A stretch of 64,000 nucleotides of DNA from Vicugna vicugna (Eukaryota): the NCBI GenBank assembly GCA_013265495.1, contig MU058384.1, forward strand, positions 5,142,792 to 5,206,791. Direction: 5' to 3'. The position numbers were made by a program, and so were the translations under genes. How positions within the stretch are numbered: the first letter of the stretch is position 1; every line of letters starts with the position of its first letter. The notes beneath the pieces are model-generated. The model was not told where the DNA came from, made no database searches, and saw only the letters and a list, made by a program, of their open reading frames with translations. Below, piece after piece: positions 62,793-64,000 of the stretch.

Positions 62793-63781
62793 TAGAACAG
62801 AGATTCTGTACCAGGGTCTGTCTCATTCTTCTTTGCATCATGTGACCCGGGGTAAGCCCTTCACAAGTATTTTTTGAGTGAATGGAGGGTGGAAGGAACT
62901 GAAGAAAGGACGGAAGACGAGCAGGAGGGGAGGGAAGGGAGGAAGGAAGAAAAGAAGGGAAAGAGGACAGAAAGGGAGGAAGAGAGGGAGAGAGGAAGCC
63001 CAGCGACTCGTAGCACCGCTAACCACCAGCGACATCCGGTAGGTGCTGCGATGATTCACGCTGGTTGAGAGCGCTCTGAGAAATAGGATGTAGAACACTG
63101 TCTGGCCAACTGGGCTATTTTATTAGCTCTTATTTCATCCTATTTTGACGCAGGCAATAAATTCAAAGGTGGCTGCAGCGGCTTGTCCATCTCAGGGAGG
63201 ATAAATCTCCACCTGCCGCTCGAGTCCGGCAGCGGAGACCCGGCGTCAGGCGGCTCCCCACGCCCAGTCTGCAGACATCCTGGAAACGGGCCATTCATGA
63301 GGGCACAGGGGACGTGGAAGATTTTGGGAACAAGTCCATTTTCAGAGTCAGAAAAATTCCAGGAAATCCAAACACATGGTTTTATTAGCTTCACGTCCAG
63401 AATGAGAATTATCGCTCTAAGTGGAAGCAGAGCATCGAAGCTGTGGCCCAAGACAGGAAGTACACCCTCTCCCATCTCTTTCTCTTTTCTTTCGTTTTCC
63501 CCCCAGCTTCTACTTATGACTCAAATATAAAGTGTTGTCTTTTCTTTCTTATGATGGATCTCATTTTAGAGGCAAGGCCTAAATGCCCTGAGTTTTATTT
63601 CTGTGAATCTCTCTTTAGACCCAGTCCCTCCGTGGGATTTTATGTTTTAATGCCACGGATCTCACTTGACCTAATCAGCCCTCAAAACTCACCTATCCTA
63701 GGCCCCATTCAGAACCTTGCTAGTTGACCAAATGAATTAATCGGAAGTGATAATTCTTATCTTAGAGGACATATTTGATTT

Positions 63782-63885
63782 CTTTTAATGTAGTAGTTAG
63801 TATCTGCAAATCTTGAACCCCCAATTTCTCTCTCTCAATACCTCACCCCCCACCTTTCCCCGCTGGTAACCGTAAGTTTGATTTC
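63782..63885 (-). mobile_element. Short L1 3'-UTR fragment with 19-bp TSD
   Basis: Reverse complement 'gaaatcaaacttacggttaccagcggggaaagg...gatttgcagatactaactactac' resembles the artiodactyl L1 3' UTR; flanked by tagaggacata(t/c)ttgattt at 63763-63781 and 63886-63904. Confidence 0.8.
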
Positions 63886-64000
63886 TAGAGGACATACTTG
63901 ATTTTTAACACAGGCCTCCTGGAAACAAAATGCTTTACCCCAGGAGTCAAATCTACTCTGCCCGTGGAGATTTCTGGCATTGTATCACATCAGGAGGGAG

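Noticed and set aside
1..64000. CRISPR arrays, operons, defence systems, rRNA, or the HBS1L-MYB intergenic enhancers
   Set aside because: The sequence is eukaryotic with spliced genes and shows no spaced-repeat array or rRNA. The HBS1L-MYB interval lies 5' of HBS1L, outside this window.

Overview
Mammalian genomic DNA, most likely camelid (camel, alpaca or llama). This is inferred from eight copies of a tRNA-derived SINE resembling the camelid vic-1 family and from artiodactyl-type L1 and Tigger1 remnants. Two spliced + strand genes are present. (1) The last three coding exons and 3' UTR of HBS1L (840-940, 3436-3580, 5189-5200; poly(A) signal ~5819). (2) The complete 7-exon ALDH8A1 (ATG 16125 to TGA 36035). 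I assembled it by hand: 1464 nt = 487 aa + stop, all introns GT-AG, with R109, N155, E253, C287 and R451 intact. The region after ~37 kb has no recognisable gene and is dominated by L1/L2/MIR remnants, solo LTRs, CTCF-like motifs and a ~260-nt (CTT/CCT)n tract. I found no evidence of a novel multi-gene system. The observations most worth following up are: a SINE inserted at an AATAAA in the ALDH8A1 3' UTR; inverted SINEs around the in-frame catalytic exon 6; two 3'-truncated L1 pieces that still carry target-site duplications; an unexplained exact 26-bp direct repeat; and the orientation pattern of CTCF motifs. Repeat family names come from recall of consensus sequences, not from a database search.
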